A DNA stretch of 64,000 nt, taken from a virus. A model generated the notes under the pieces. It was not told the origin of the DNA and searched no databases. It was given only the letters and a program-made list of their open reading frames with translations. The stretch lies in the IMG/VR virus record IMGVR_UViG_3300017714_002439; one strand, written 5' to 3'. Position 1 is the first letter of the stretch; each line of letters starts with the position of its first letter. A program made the position numbers and the translations under genes. Positions 19,760-28,804 of the stretch are shown one piece after another.

Positions 19760-20989
19760 ATGTCTAATGTAAAATCATCGGTAAGTCTAACCCCCGGTGA
19801 ACTATTAACAAATCAATATAATAAATCATTCTGCATTAAACCATTTACTGAAATATCTAATTCAGCAACAGGTTCTAGAATGCTATGTTGTCGTAGTGAG
19901 CATGTAATCGACAGACACGAAGTTAACAGTAGTATCACAGAAGATTTTTTTAATCACCCAAACATGAATGAAATAAGAAGAAAAATGCTTGCTGGTGAAG
20001 AAGTGGAACAATGCTGGATATGTAGCGAGTCAGAAAAAGCAAGAGGAACATCACATAGAACATTTGTAATGAAGCAATTCGAAAGGTTAGTTCCTGGATT
20101 AGCTGATGATATATTTAAAAATGGAACTGTAGATCTAAAATCACTTGATATACGTTTTGGAACCAAATGTAACCTAGCATGTGTAATGTGTGGTCCTGGT
20201 AGCAGTAGTTTAATTGCAAAAGAAGAACAAGACAAAGATTTTGAAGTAGTAGACTTAAATGATTTTTCATTAGATGCTATTAAAAAACATTCAGAAGGTA
20301 TTGTGTTATTTAAAACAACTGGCGGCGAGCCTATGTTATTACCTGCATATAAGAAAACACTTGAGTTCTTTGTAGAAAAAGGATACGCAAAGAATATAGA
20401 GTTCACAACTATTACAAACGGCACAATTGATTACAGCGACATGATGCCACTAATGAACGAGTTCAAACATTTTAAAATTAGCCATAGTATAGATGCTGCT
20501 GATGAATCATATAATTATGTTAGATGGCCAGGAACAATAAAAAGATTACAACGTATACATAAAAGTATATCAAAAAATGCTAAACAATATAAAAATATAC
20601 AACTTCAATTTGGAGCAACTATACATGTATTAAATGTGCATCAAACAGTAAAGATTGCCAAGTATTTAGAAGAACTAGGAGAGTATGATAATTATAATGC
20701 AGACATGGTTTATAAACCTTATTATATGCAACCTGGACTGGTACCAAAAGAAGTAATTGACGAGTTAGAGATAGAAGCAATAGAGTGGGCAAGTAATGAT
20801 GATAGTCATAAAGAAATACTTGACTTTGTTAACACTTTACGGTATAATCATAATGCAATAAATAGTAGTATAGAGAAAAAGCAAGAACTACTCAATCAAT
20901 TAGAAGCCAAAACAATATTTTGGAAAGAAAAAAGAAAACTTGATGTTCGAGATTATGTTCCGTATTACGAGGTAATGCAATCAAAATGA
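19760..20989 (+). CDS. Radical SAM protein with N-terminal twitch-like domain
   Basis: CNLACVMC, TGGEP; N-terminal FCIKPF..LCC..CWIC. Confidence 0.88.
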   Translation: MSNVKSSVSLTPGELLTNQYNKSFCIKPFTEISNSATGSRMLCCRSEHVIDRHEVNSSITEDFFNHPNMNEIRRKMLAGEEVEQCWICSESEKARGTSHRTFVMKQFERLVPGLADDIFKNGTVDLKSLDIRFGTKCNLACVMCGPGSSSLIAKEEQDKDFEVVDLNDFSLDAIKKHSEGIVLFKTTGGEPMLLPAYKKTLEFFVEKGYAKNIEFTTITNGTIDYSDMMPLMNEFKHFKISHSIDAADESYNYVRWPGTIKRLQRIHKSISKNAKQYKNIQLQFGATIHVLNVHQTVKIAKYLEELGEYDNYNADMVYKPYYMQPGLVPKEVIDELEIEAIEWASNDDSHKEILDFVNTLRYNHNAINSSIEKKQELLNQLEAKTIFWKEKRKLDVRDYVPYYEVMQSK

Positions 20990-21402
20990 AAATACAATTA
21001 AAAAGATTAACCACTAAAGATTTATATAAATTAAGAAGTATAATTGATGAAGAAACTGCTAAATTGGCACAAATTGAATGGCCATTTGAAAGGCATATAG
21101 CAATGCAATTTATTAATGACTATAACACATGGGGAATATGGATTAATCACGATTCATTAGTAGGCGCAGTAGAAGTAAAAGAAGATTTAGAAACAGCATA
21201 CTTTATTAAAAAAGGCTGGCGTAATAATGGAATAGGCACAAAAGCAATTGAACTATGCATAGAAGAATTTGGTGATCAACAACTATGGTGTGTTATTGAT
21301 CCAGATAATAAAGCAAGTCTACGAGTAGCCCAAAAGGGTGGACTAAGAGTCAAGTTTATTGACACTGATAATAACAACGACATAATTACTGTAGTAAAAT
21401 AG
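20986..21402 (+). CDS. GNAT/RimJ-like acetyltransferase
   Basis: WRNNGIGTKA acetyl-CoA motif; DNKASLRVAQKGG. Confidence 0.8.
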   Translation: MKIQLKRLTTKDLYKLRSIIDEETAKLAQIEWPFERHIAMQFINDYNTWGIWINHDSLVGAVEVKEDLETAYFIKKGWRNNGIGTKAIELCIEEFGDQQLWCVIDPDNKASLRVAQKGGLRVKFIDTDNNNDIITVVK

Positions 21403-21410
21403 AGAATGAT

Positions 21411-21644
21411 ATGTCTAATAAAAAGATTACTCGCGAAGATTTAACAGCTACAGAAGGTCCTATGAACAATGTTGCTAATGAAGATGCATTGGTTTATGCT
21501 AAAGCAGACCCAAATAGGCCACTTGATATACACAAAGAACGTCAAGTTAGAGCTAAAAAACAAAAAATAAAGAAAAGTAGTAAGAAAGCAGACCGTAGAA
21601 TCAATAAAAGTTTAATTAAAAATATTAATGAACTTCAAAAATAA
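21411..21644 (+). CDS. Small basic hypothetical protein
   Basis: 77 aa, Lys/Arg-rich C-terminus. Confidence 0.55.
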   Translation: MSNKKITREDLTATEGPMNNVANEDALVYAKADPNRPLDIHKERQVRAKKQKIKKSSKKADRRINKSLIKNINELQK

Positions 21645-21665
21645 CAGCAAAACAAATCAAATAGA

Positions 21666-21671
21666 TAAATA
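21666..21671 (+). promoter_or_regulatory. Late motif TAAATA, 5 nt before the ATG
   Basis: TAAATA-CTAGT-ATG. Confidence 0.55.
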
Positions 21672-21676
21672 CTAGT

Positions 21677-21871
21677 ATGAAAATATATGATATCATAAAG
21701 GAAGAAGCAGACGCAGGTTCTACAATGGCAGGTAATGTTGCTAGTGTAAGTTTTCCATTATTTGGAAAAAAGAAGATGATCAGGCGTGCTGTTGATCCAA
21801 AAGGATATTTGGGTGACGGTAAGATTAAAAAGCAATCTACTGGATATAATACGGAGGTTAAGTTAAAATGA
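21677..21871 (+). CDS. Small tagged protein
   Basis: MKIYDIIKEE N-terminus. Confidence 0.6.
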   Translation: MKIYDIIKEEADAGSTMAGNVASVSFPLFGKKKMIRRAVDPKGYLGDGKIKKQSTGYNTEVKLK

Positions 21872-22167
21872 AGATTAACGAAATCCACGAATCAATATAC
21901 AGTATGAATCCTGAAGAACCTATGAATCCTGAAGTATTAATACAAGGTTATGGTAGATTAAATTTAAAACAGTTAGAAGATAAAGTAGGCAAAATGTTCG
22001 ATGAACTTGCCGAAAGAGCTAGACAGGGAGATTGGGAAGGTGTGCAATACAACCTAAACAAAGGACTTGTTCAAGAATTTATTAAAACCATCAATGTAGC
22101 ATATGATGAGTTAGAACAAAAACGAAGACGCGGCGGCAAGAGTAGTCGTGGCATTGAAAAGAGGTAA
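21868..22167 (+). CDS. Small tagged protein
   Basis: MKINEIHE N-terminus. Confidence 0.6.
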   Translation: MKINEIHESIYSMNPEEPMNPEVLIQGYGRLNLKQLEDKVGKMFDELAERARQGDWEGVQYNLNKGLVQEFIKTINVAYDELEQKRRRGGKSSRGIEKR

Positions 22168-22172
22168 CGACT

Positions 22173-23531
22173 ATGAGCAAAGAGCAAAAAATCGACAATA
22201 CTTTTAACAGAGTAATGGACGATATAAACAGACTACAAAAGGCATTTCAGCCAGGCAAGAATTTAGAAAAGGCTATCGCAGAGGTAGGCGGAGATATTTC
22301 TTGGTTAAAAGAGATTAACGAATCATTTGATAAACTATACGATATGCTTGAAGAAGGGCATATGGGTGCAGTAGCACATTTACAAATGGACGAAGAATTA
22401 AGTAAGAAGAAAAAAATTAAACCAAACACACCAGTTGGTATGGTAGCAGAAGGCGTATTAGACAGTGATGATGATGACGGGTTTATGGCTCGTAGTCAAC
22501 TATACTTCTTAGCCAGAGATGCAATTAAATTGCACAGCGTTATAGATGACAGAGATGACTTGGAACCGTGGGTTGGAAGTAAGATTGCTCAAGCTAGTAA
22601 GGATATGGATTCAGTTCGTCGTTACACTGAATACAATGCCATGAAAGCTGAAGTCGAGCCAGAAGGACAACCAGATGCAGAATTAATGGCTGGTGCATAT
22701 GAATCACTAGAAGAAGATCCAGAGCCACGTAAAATGCAAGTAACTAATGCAGATAAAAATGCAAACACAGAAGCATGGAAACGTTTTAAAGCAGGCGATC
22801 CTAGATATGAATACAAAGAACCAGTAAAAGAAGATCCAAGCAAGCCAAAATTTCCACAAGGCGTTCCATTAGCAGGTGATAGTATTTGGTTAAACAGAGA
22901 TGAAATGCAATATGATGACAATGTTGTAACAGTAACTGATCTCAAAACATCTGAAGAAGATGGTATGATTGAAGTATGGGTATACCATACTGCTCCTTGG
23001 GAAATTTATACAGACTCAGGTTTTGCTAAAGCAATTAGTGATATGCTGGGTATTGAAGTTGACTGGAGTGAACAAGGCATGCAAGCACAAGGTGTAGCAC
23101 ACTTAGAAGGTGAACTTGGGTTAGATGAAGCTATTCGTCCAGTAAGAAGTGCAGCTTCTAAACTAAACCAAATTGGACAAGGCGTTCGTAATAAAACAAA
23201 TGACGAAACACCAGCAAGTGTTGGCGAAGGCAAATACGGTAAGAAGAAAAAGAAATACGAAGCTGTAAAAGAAGAAGTAGTTAAGATAAGAGCAGTAAAA
23301 GATAAAGAACATTTAAAATTACCTACTACTGGCATCAATAGAAAATTTGATGGACCAGATGCAAAAGAGCATGCCGCTACAGCAAAGAAACAATTTGAAA
23401 AAGATGGTTATCATGTTGTTTACGAAGAGACAAAGTTTGATGATAAGCCGGAACACAGTGAATTAAAAACAGTTGCACAGGACATGTTTAAGCATGCACT
23501 AGCACAAGCTAAGAAAAAAGCAAGGAAGTAA
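22173..23531 (+). CDS. Modular acidic putative head protein
   Basis: Many [ILVM]xE junctions; GFMARSQLY..LEPWV module. Confidence 0.55.
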   Translation: MSKEQKIDNTFNRVMDDINRLQKAFQPGKNLEKAIAEVGGDISWLKEINESFDKLYDMLEEGHMGAVAHLQMDEELSKKKKIKPNTPVGMVAEGVLDSDDDDGFMARSQLYFLARDAIKLHSVIDDRDDLEPWVGSKIAQASKDMDSVRRYTEYNAMKAEVEPEGQPDAELMAGAYESLEEDPEPRKMQVTNADKNANTEAWKRFKAGDPRYEYKEPVKEDPSKPKFPQGVPLAGDSIWLNRDEMQYDDNVVTVTDLKTSEEDGMIEVWVYHTAPWEIYTDSGFAKAISDMLGIEVDWSEQGMQAQGVAHLEGELGLDEAIRPVRSAASKLNQIGQGVRNKTNDETPASVGEGKYGKKKKKYEAVKEEVVKIRAVKDKEHLKLPTTGINRKFDGPDAKEHAATAKKQFEKDGYHVVYEETKFDDKPEHSELKTVAQDMFKHALAQAKKKARK

Positions 23532-23533
23532 CT

Positions 23534-24235
23534 ATGGCAATAGACCAGTCTTTAGTAATGACTTTTCCAAATAGTCAAGGTGATGTAGAAATCTACATGC
23601 CTGAAAATACTAGAGTATTGGTAAAATGTAGTGGTGGAGCAGATTCGAGTATACTTTTGTATATGTTAGCAAAATACAGACATGAGTATAATCCTACTGT
23701 TAGTTTTATAATTGCTACTTCAGTTAATCAGCAATTGCCATATCAATATATACATGCTAAAAAAGTAGCTGACTATGTTAACGAAATATACCCAATGGGT
23801 GACTACGAACATCATCAAAATGAGAATAGAGGTGGAGAATTTTATCCAAGCGATCAAGATTTTCTTACAGAACCATTAATGAAAAAGTCAGATAAACTAT
23901 ATATGGGTTTAACACTTAATCCACCCATTGAAGAAATGAAAGCACATAACATGTATGATGATTTAAGAATGGAAGACCGAGACCCAGACAGTGAAAACAT
24001 TTGGGAAGTAGGTGAAAATGAATTATCAGAAAACAACTGGAGACATAACCGTCCTTTTGTAAGACATGACAAGCGTGGAATTGCAGAGTTTTATGATTTG
24101 CTAGGAGTAAGAGATACATTATATCCATTAACTAGAAGTTGCGAAGAAAAAACTACAGACTTTTCTAAACATTGCGGAACATGTTGGTTTTGTTTAGAAC
24201 GTGAATGGGGTTTTGGGGAATTAGAAGGAAAATAA
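23534..24235 (+). CDS. QueC-like PP-loop ATPase
   Basis: SGGADS and TRSC..HCGTCWFCLER Zn motif. Confidence 0.72.
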   Translation: MAIDQSLVMTFPNSQGDVEIYMPENTRVLVKCSGGADSSILLYMLAKYRHEYNPTVSFIIATSVNQQLPYQYIHAKKVADYVNEIYPMGDYEHHQNENRGGEFYPSDQDFLTEPLMKKSDKLYMGLTLNPPIEEMKAHNMYDDLRMEDRDPDSENIWEVGENELSENNWRHNRPFVRHDKRGIAEFYDLLGVRDTLYPLTRSCEEKTTDFSKHCGTCWFCLEREWGFGELEGK

Positions 24236-24236
24236 A

Positions 24237-26015
24237 ATGAAAGCTAAACAATTAAACGAATTTAACAAAGTAGATTGGGAAGAAAACGAATCAGTGAATC
24301 TTCACAGTGAAAATGCATTAGAGCTTGCTAAAGAATTTGGAACCCCAGAAGAAGTAGAAGCAATGCAAAGAATTATGGATCAGCACATGCGTAGAGGACA
24401 CATTCTACCACATGAAATTGAAGAGCGTAATGCATTAACATCAAAATATTACAGCATGTTAGAGCATTCAGTTAACCCAACGTTTAGATCAACATTAGAA
24501 GGCTACAAAGTTATGCCTACAATGGATCCTAAGTATATAGCACGTGATGGACTGGAAGGTCCATTTAGCACATTAAGTGGTAAGGTTGTTTATTATGATC
24601 CTAAAGAAGGTTCATACTACGATCCAGACACAGACATGTATATGTCATATGATGAATTTCAAAAGTATGATAACGATTACAGTGATATGAAAGAAGAATC
24701 AGACCAAGGCTTTAGTGGAAAAGAGAGAAACTTTATACATGACTTGTGCATGATGCACGATGGTGTTAAAAGAGATCCAGCAGGATTAAAATATCTTGGA
24801 ACATCTGAAACATGGGATGAAGGTAATTGTTTAAGTGACAAAGGTAAATTAACTACTCTAATGCTTTGGGCTAACAAAAACAAAGACGCTGTTGAAAAAC
24901 GTTTTTCACGTATGTTTAATAACTATAGCAACAAAGATGAAAATGGAAAAGTAACAGCATCAGATGGTAATCAACTGCTTAATGACATTACTAGTAAGAT
25001 TGGTAGCATTGGTGAACAAACTGTAAAAGGCCCAAGAGGACATTTACGTTCTATTGTTGCTGACGACCTTAACGAAATAGATTGTTGGGATGGTTACAAA
25101 AAAGACGGAACTAAGCCTGGCACAGGTAAAAACAAAGGCAAGCGTGTAAACAATTGCGTTAAAGAAGAAGATGTTACAGTAGATAATGCAGGTAACATCG
25201 CAGGCTACTTAGCTACAATAGATGAGTATGTAGAAATGTTAGCAGATGCCAATTCTCACTATGATAGAGATGAAGCAATGGATTCACATACAGTTAAAGA
25301 AATAGCATATAGAATTCAAAACGCTGTAGACGACATTAGAATGAGAGAACTTGGATTAAAGCCAAGCAATATTAGATCTAAATTTAATGAAGACGAAGTA
25401 AATGAAGAACACGATATAGGTTTACTTAAAGCAGTTGCAAGACAAATGGAAGCAGATGCACACAAAGGTGACTATACTGCTATAGAAGAATTATTACAAA
25501 ATATCTCAACAGAAGAATTAAAAGCATTCCTTTCTGATCACAGAGATATAGATTTTAGTGAAGAAGAATTGAATGAACTTGGATTTTCTGCACCAGTTGG
25601 AGCTGCTGGCAAGACCAGTGGATATGCTCCTCCATCTACACACACTATATCAAGTAGATCAAGTTTATCTGCTAAACAAAAAAGAGATGGTAGTCAATCA
25701 GAAATCTTTACACAGTATGCTGATGATTTTCAACACGATGGTGCCGACAGAGGAAGAAGCACTATGTCAGATGTATCAATACAAAAATATGATGCAGATG
25801 GAAAGATGACTAAAAATGATTCATACAACAGATTTGTAATGCCAGGCGGTGCGGGTATTGATACAACAAATGGTGTAACAAAAAATATACAAATGAAAGG
25901 TCCACAAAGCTGGGCATATGATAAACCAAAATTACCAAGAATAAAAAGAGAAGGCAAATACGTTAGCGATGCACAACGCAAAGCGGTTCATGCCTCAAAA
26001 GCGGAGAAAAAATAA
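24237..26015 (+). CDS. Modular putative internal head protein
   Basis: MKAKQLNE tag; modules such as CWDGYKK..NNCVKE, YYDPKEGSYYDP, KGPQSWAYDKPKL. Confidence 0.55.
   Translation: MKAKQLNEFNKVDWEENESVNLHSENALELAKEFGTPEEVEAMQRIMDQHMRRGHILPHEIEERNALTSKYYSMLEHSVNPTFRSTLEGYKVMPTMDPKYIARDGLEGPFSTLSGKVVYYDPKEGSYYDPDTDMYMSYDEFQKYDNDYSDMKEESDQGFSGKERNFIHDLCMMHDGVKRDPAGLKYLGTSETWDEGNCLSDKGKLTTLMLWANKNKDAVEKRFSRMFNNYSNKDENGKVTASDGNQLLNDITSKIGSIGEQTVKGPRGHLRSIVADDLNEIDCWDGYKKDGTKPGTGKNKGKRVNNCVKEEDVTVDNAGNIAGYLATIDEYVEMLADANSHYDRDEAMDSHTVKEIAYRIQNAVDDIRMRELGLKPSNIRSKFNEDEVNEEHDIGLLKAVARQMEADAHKGDYTAIEELLQNISTEELKAFLSDHRDIDFSEEELNELGFSAPVGAAGKTSGYAPPSTHTISSRSSLSAKQKRDGSQSEIFTQYADDFQHDGADRGRSTMSDVSIQKYDADGKMTKNDSYNRFVMPGGAGIDTTNGVTKNIQMKGPQSWAYDKPKLPRIKREGKYVSDAQRKAVHASKAEKK
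25896..25934 (+). repeat. KGPQSWAYDKPKL module copy 2
   Basis: See 19141. Confidence 0.9.
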
Positions 26016-26293
26016 TGGGTATATTAAGCGATACAGTAAACGAATCTAAGAAAAATTGTGGATGTGGCAAAGACCCATGTGAAACATACGGTAAGAAAAC
26101 AGACGAATCATATTCTCCAGGTGATGAAATGGAAGATGGCATGGTAAGTAATTGCTGTGGCGCTCCAATCATGGACGTTTATGACGGACACGGTAGATGT
26201 AGTGATTGTAAAGAAATGGCAAGTGCTGAAAAAGAAGAAGCATACTATGAAACTGCCGAAATACAAAGATTAAAAGATCTAATTAGGTATTAA
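26015..26293 (+). CDS. Small Cys-rich protein with two Zn-finger-like modules
   Basis: CGCGKDPC and CCG..CSDC; EIQRLKDL tail. Confidence 0.6.
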   Translation: MGILSDTVNESKKNCGCGKDPCETYGKKTDESYSPGDEMEDGMVSNCCGAPIMDVYDGHGRCSDCKEMASAEKEEAYYETAEIQRLKDLIRY

Positions 26294-26304
26294 GGAATAA
26301 CAAG

Positions 26305-27339
26305 ATGAGATTACACCATTTATTTGAAGACGAGAATGTCAAAAAAGAAATCATTGCAAAAGTAAGTGGACTAGTTGCTGACAATGAAGAAGATGCAAAA
26401 CTGTTAGATAAAATATACAGAACTTTGCACAATACAGACATTTCAGGTAAGGTTGCACAAGCATTTGCAGTTCCTACTTCAGATGATAATATTAATCTTG
26501 AACCATTACTTAAACAACTAACACAAATTATTTTCCACGCAGGTGTTGATTATAAAAGCCTTGACGCATTCCTTAACAGATTAGCAAAAGGTAACGTTGT
26601 AGACGTGCCTGTTCTTACTACTCCTGGAGTAGGAAGTGTAAGAGCGTTCTTTGGCGGTGATGAAACTACTACAAAAATATTTCAAGCAATGGCAACACTA
26701 GGCGCAGGTAAAAAGCAAAAAGGCCCAGGTGAATATGCACTTGCAATGTTATCAAATCAAATTAAATTAAAACATGATGGTGGCGATCTTGATGTTGCAG
26801 GCAAAGGTATAGAAGTAAAAGCAGAAACTACAACAGGTGGTGGACGTCTTGGAGAAGGTGGACCTACTAACGCAGTTGCAAAAGAATATTGGAGCCAAGT
26901 TCCAAGTATAGCAAATCACTTTAATCAAGGTTCAAAAGGACTTGGTATTAAAAACTTTGTTCAAGCATTAGCATTAGACTTACCGTTAAATGATCCAGAA
27001 AAGAAAAAACAAAGACAAGATTTACTTACAAAATGGTATAGTCAGTTGTTTCCAAATGCAGCACCATTTGTTCAAGCATTTATGCAAGACGATGGAGTAG
27101 TTGCAGAAAAAATGTATGGTAAAGCAAACTTTGAATCTTACAAAAACAACTATGGATGGGACGGATTATTAAGTATTAACTTCCCTTCACTAAAATACGT
27201 AATGGTCAACACAGGTGATGACTTTGTTAGAATGAAAGAAGCAGGACATTTTGGTAGCTTCTCAATTAGTGTTGTGCCAAGCAGTGCAAGACCATCAGAA
27301 GTATATTGTCAATTAAGTTTAACTAAAGCAAAAGCATAA
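26305..27339 (+). CDS. PD-(D/E)xK nuclease-like protein with N-terminal tag
   Basis: MRLHHLFE tag; GPGEYAL...GDLDVAGKGIEVKA motif. Confidence 0.55.
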   Translation: MRLHHLFEDENVKKEIIAKVSGLVADNEEDAKLLDKIYRTLHNTDISGKVAQAFAVPTSDDNINLEPLLKQLTQIIFHAGVDYKSLDAFLNRLAKGNVVDVPVLTTPGVGSVRAFFGGDETTTKIFQAMATLGAGKKQKGPGEYALAMLSNQIKLKHDGGDLDVAGKGIEVKAETTTGGGRLGEGGPTNAVAKEYWSQVPSIANHFNQGSKGLGIKNFVQALALDLPLNDPEKKKQRQDLLTKWYSQLFPNAAPFVQAFMQDDGVVAEKMYGKANFESYKNNYGWDGLLSINFPSLKYVMVNTGDDFVRMKEAGHFGSFSISVVPSSARPSEVYCQLSLTKAKA

Positions 27340-27623
27340 TGTGGGATATTATTACACAAATGGCAACTGAAAGGTTGTGGATTTACACAGCATTAGCAGG
27401 AAGTATATTTGGTGCATTATTCATTTACTGGATAAGAGACACATACATTGCCTTTTGGGCAATAAATAAATGGGAAGCAATACTAGACTTCCTAGTCAAC
27501 CGTTGGGGCTGGAGCTGGTTTAAACATAATCCAGATGCATGGAAGGCCGCTAACCCAAAACTTACAAAAAAGATAGAACAACTAGAAGCTCGTATTAAAA
27601 AATTAGAATCAAAGAAGAAGTAA
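27339..27623 (+). CDS. Membrane protein with C-terminal coiled coil
   Basis: One or two hydrophobic segments; KIEQLEARIKKLE. Confidence 0.6.
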   Translation: MWDIITQMATERLWIYTALAGSIFGALFIYWIRDTYIAFWAINKWEAILDFLVNRWGWSWFKHNPDAWKAANPKLTKKIEQLEARIKKLESKKK

Positions 27624-27629
27624 TCTTAT

Positions 27630-28505
27630 ATGAAAGAGATATATCTTGTATGCACTCGTAGTGCAATCACGGCCAGTGCATTAACATATGTAATCAACTC
27701 AAGCCCAGACTTTTATAACATGTCACACAATAATTTGTGGCTGGAAGAACACAGTGAGTGGTTCGGTAAAGCACATATTATAAATGATTGGTGGAATCTG
27801 CATGATTCCTTTAATGTATATAACTATGATATTAGAAATAATATTGTATTATCTGAACAAAATTTAATTGCATTAGCAGAAGCTTGGCGAACATTTCCAA
27901 CTACAAAAAATATATGTTTGTTTACACATGCCCGTAATACAGGAGATATCATGATGTATGCAAAAAGAAATAACTTACCAGTTAAAGTAATCACAACAAT
28001 AATGGGTAAGGATTCACATCATTTTGTTAATGCATTTTTACGTAGAGAATACAATGATGAAATGAATGATTTAGAGAGTAATCATAGAGTATGGGAATAC
28101 ATGTATAACCAATTAATAACACAAGACAGTATATGGCAACAACACTATGATTATTGTTTTCAAATGTCAGATTGGTTACATAAGCCACAAAGTGTGTATA
28201 CTAAACTGAACGTAGAAGCATGTCCAGATATTGGTCAATGGGTAGAACAGTATCTAAGATGGAATGATAGTAATGATTTTGTTACACCAGTTAATGCTAA
28301 ACGTAATGATCTCATAGCAAGACGCATGGAATTTTTATCATGGGCATACAACAACGGGTCTGTAAACCTACACAGAACTGAACAACAAGTGGCTTTTGCA
28401 GAACTCCTGTTTAAAATGTATGAAGAAAATCAAATATATTCACCTATTGAATTTATCAACACAGCTCAAAAAACGTTGGGTATTGACTTGACAAATAACG
28501 TTTAA
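27630..28505 (+). CDS. Sulfotransferase-like hypothetical protein
   Basis: N-terminal YLVCTRSAITASALTYVINSSP resembles RSGST..L..LNSHP. Confidence 0.35.
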   Translation: MKEIYLVCTRSAITASALTYVINSSPDFYNMSHNNLWLEEHSEWFGKAHIINDWWNLHDSFNVYNYDIRNNIVLSEQNLIALAEAWRTFPTTKNICLFTHARNTGDIMMYAKRNNLPVKVITTIMGKDSHHFVNAFLRREYNDEMNDLESNHRVWEYMYNQLITQDSIWQQHYDYCFQMSDWLHKPQSVYTKLNVEACPDIGQWVEQYLRWNDSNDFVTPVNAKRNDLIARRMEFLSWAYNNGSVNLHRTEQQVAFAELLFKMYEENQIYSPIEFINTAQKTLGIDLTNNV

Positions 28506-28516
28506 TACGTTATTAT
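28488..28516 (+). promoter_or_regulatory. Sigma70-type promoter with inverted repeat
   Basis: TTGACA-17-TATTAT; AATAACGT/ACGTTATT arms. Confidence 0.8.
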
Positions 28517-28549
28517 ATATACTAATTCAACGATTAACGGAGGTCTAGC

Positions 28550-28804
28550 ATGACAACATTTTCTGAAGCAGACGTAAATAAATTGAAGCATCTTATTAAA
28601 GAAGGTATTCAAGTAACACAAGAAGTAGAAACCTTGCGAGAAGGACTTCGCGATACTGTAAAAGCAATTGCAGAAGAAATGGATATTAAACCATCTATTC
28701 TTAATAAAGCAGTGCGTGTAGCATATAAGGCAGAATTTGCCAAAACACGTGATGAGTTCGATGAACTTGAAACAATTCTAACAACAGTAGGCCGCGATAG
28801 TTAA
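28550..28804 (+). CDS. Small dsDNA-binding protein (T4 DsbA/GapR-like)
   Basis: 84 aa helical; LRDTVKAIAEEMDIKPSILNKAV pattern; directly upstream of the polymerase. Confidence 0.55.
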   Translation: MTTFSEADVNKLKHLIKEGIQVTQEVETLREGLRDTVKAIAEEMDIKPSILNKAVRVAYKAEFAKTRDEFDELETILTTVGRDS

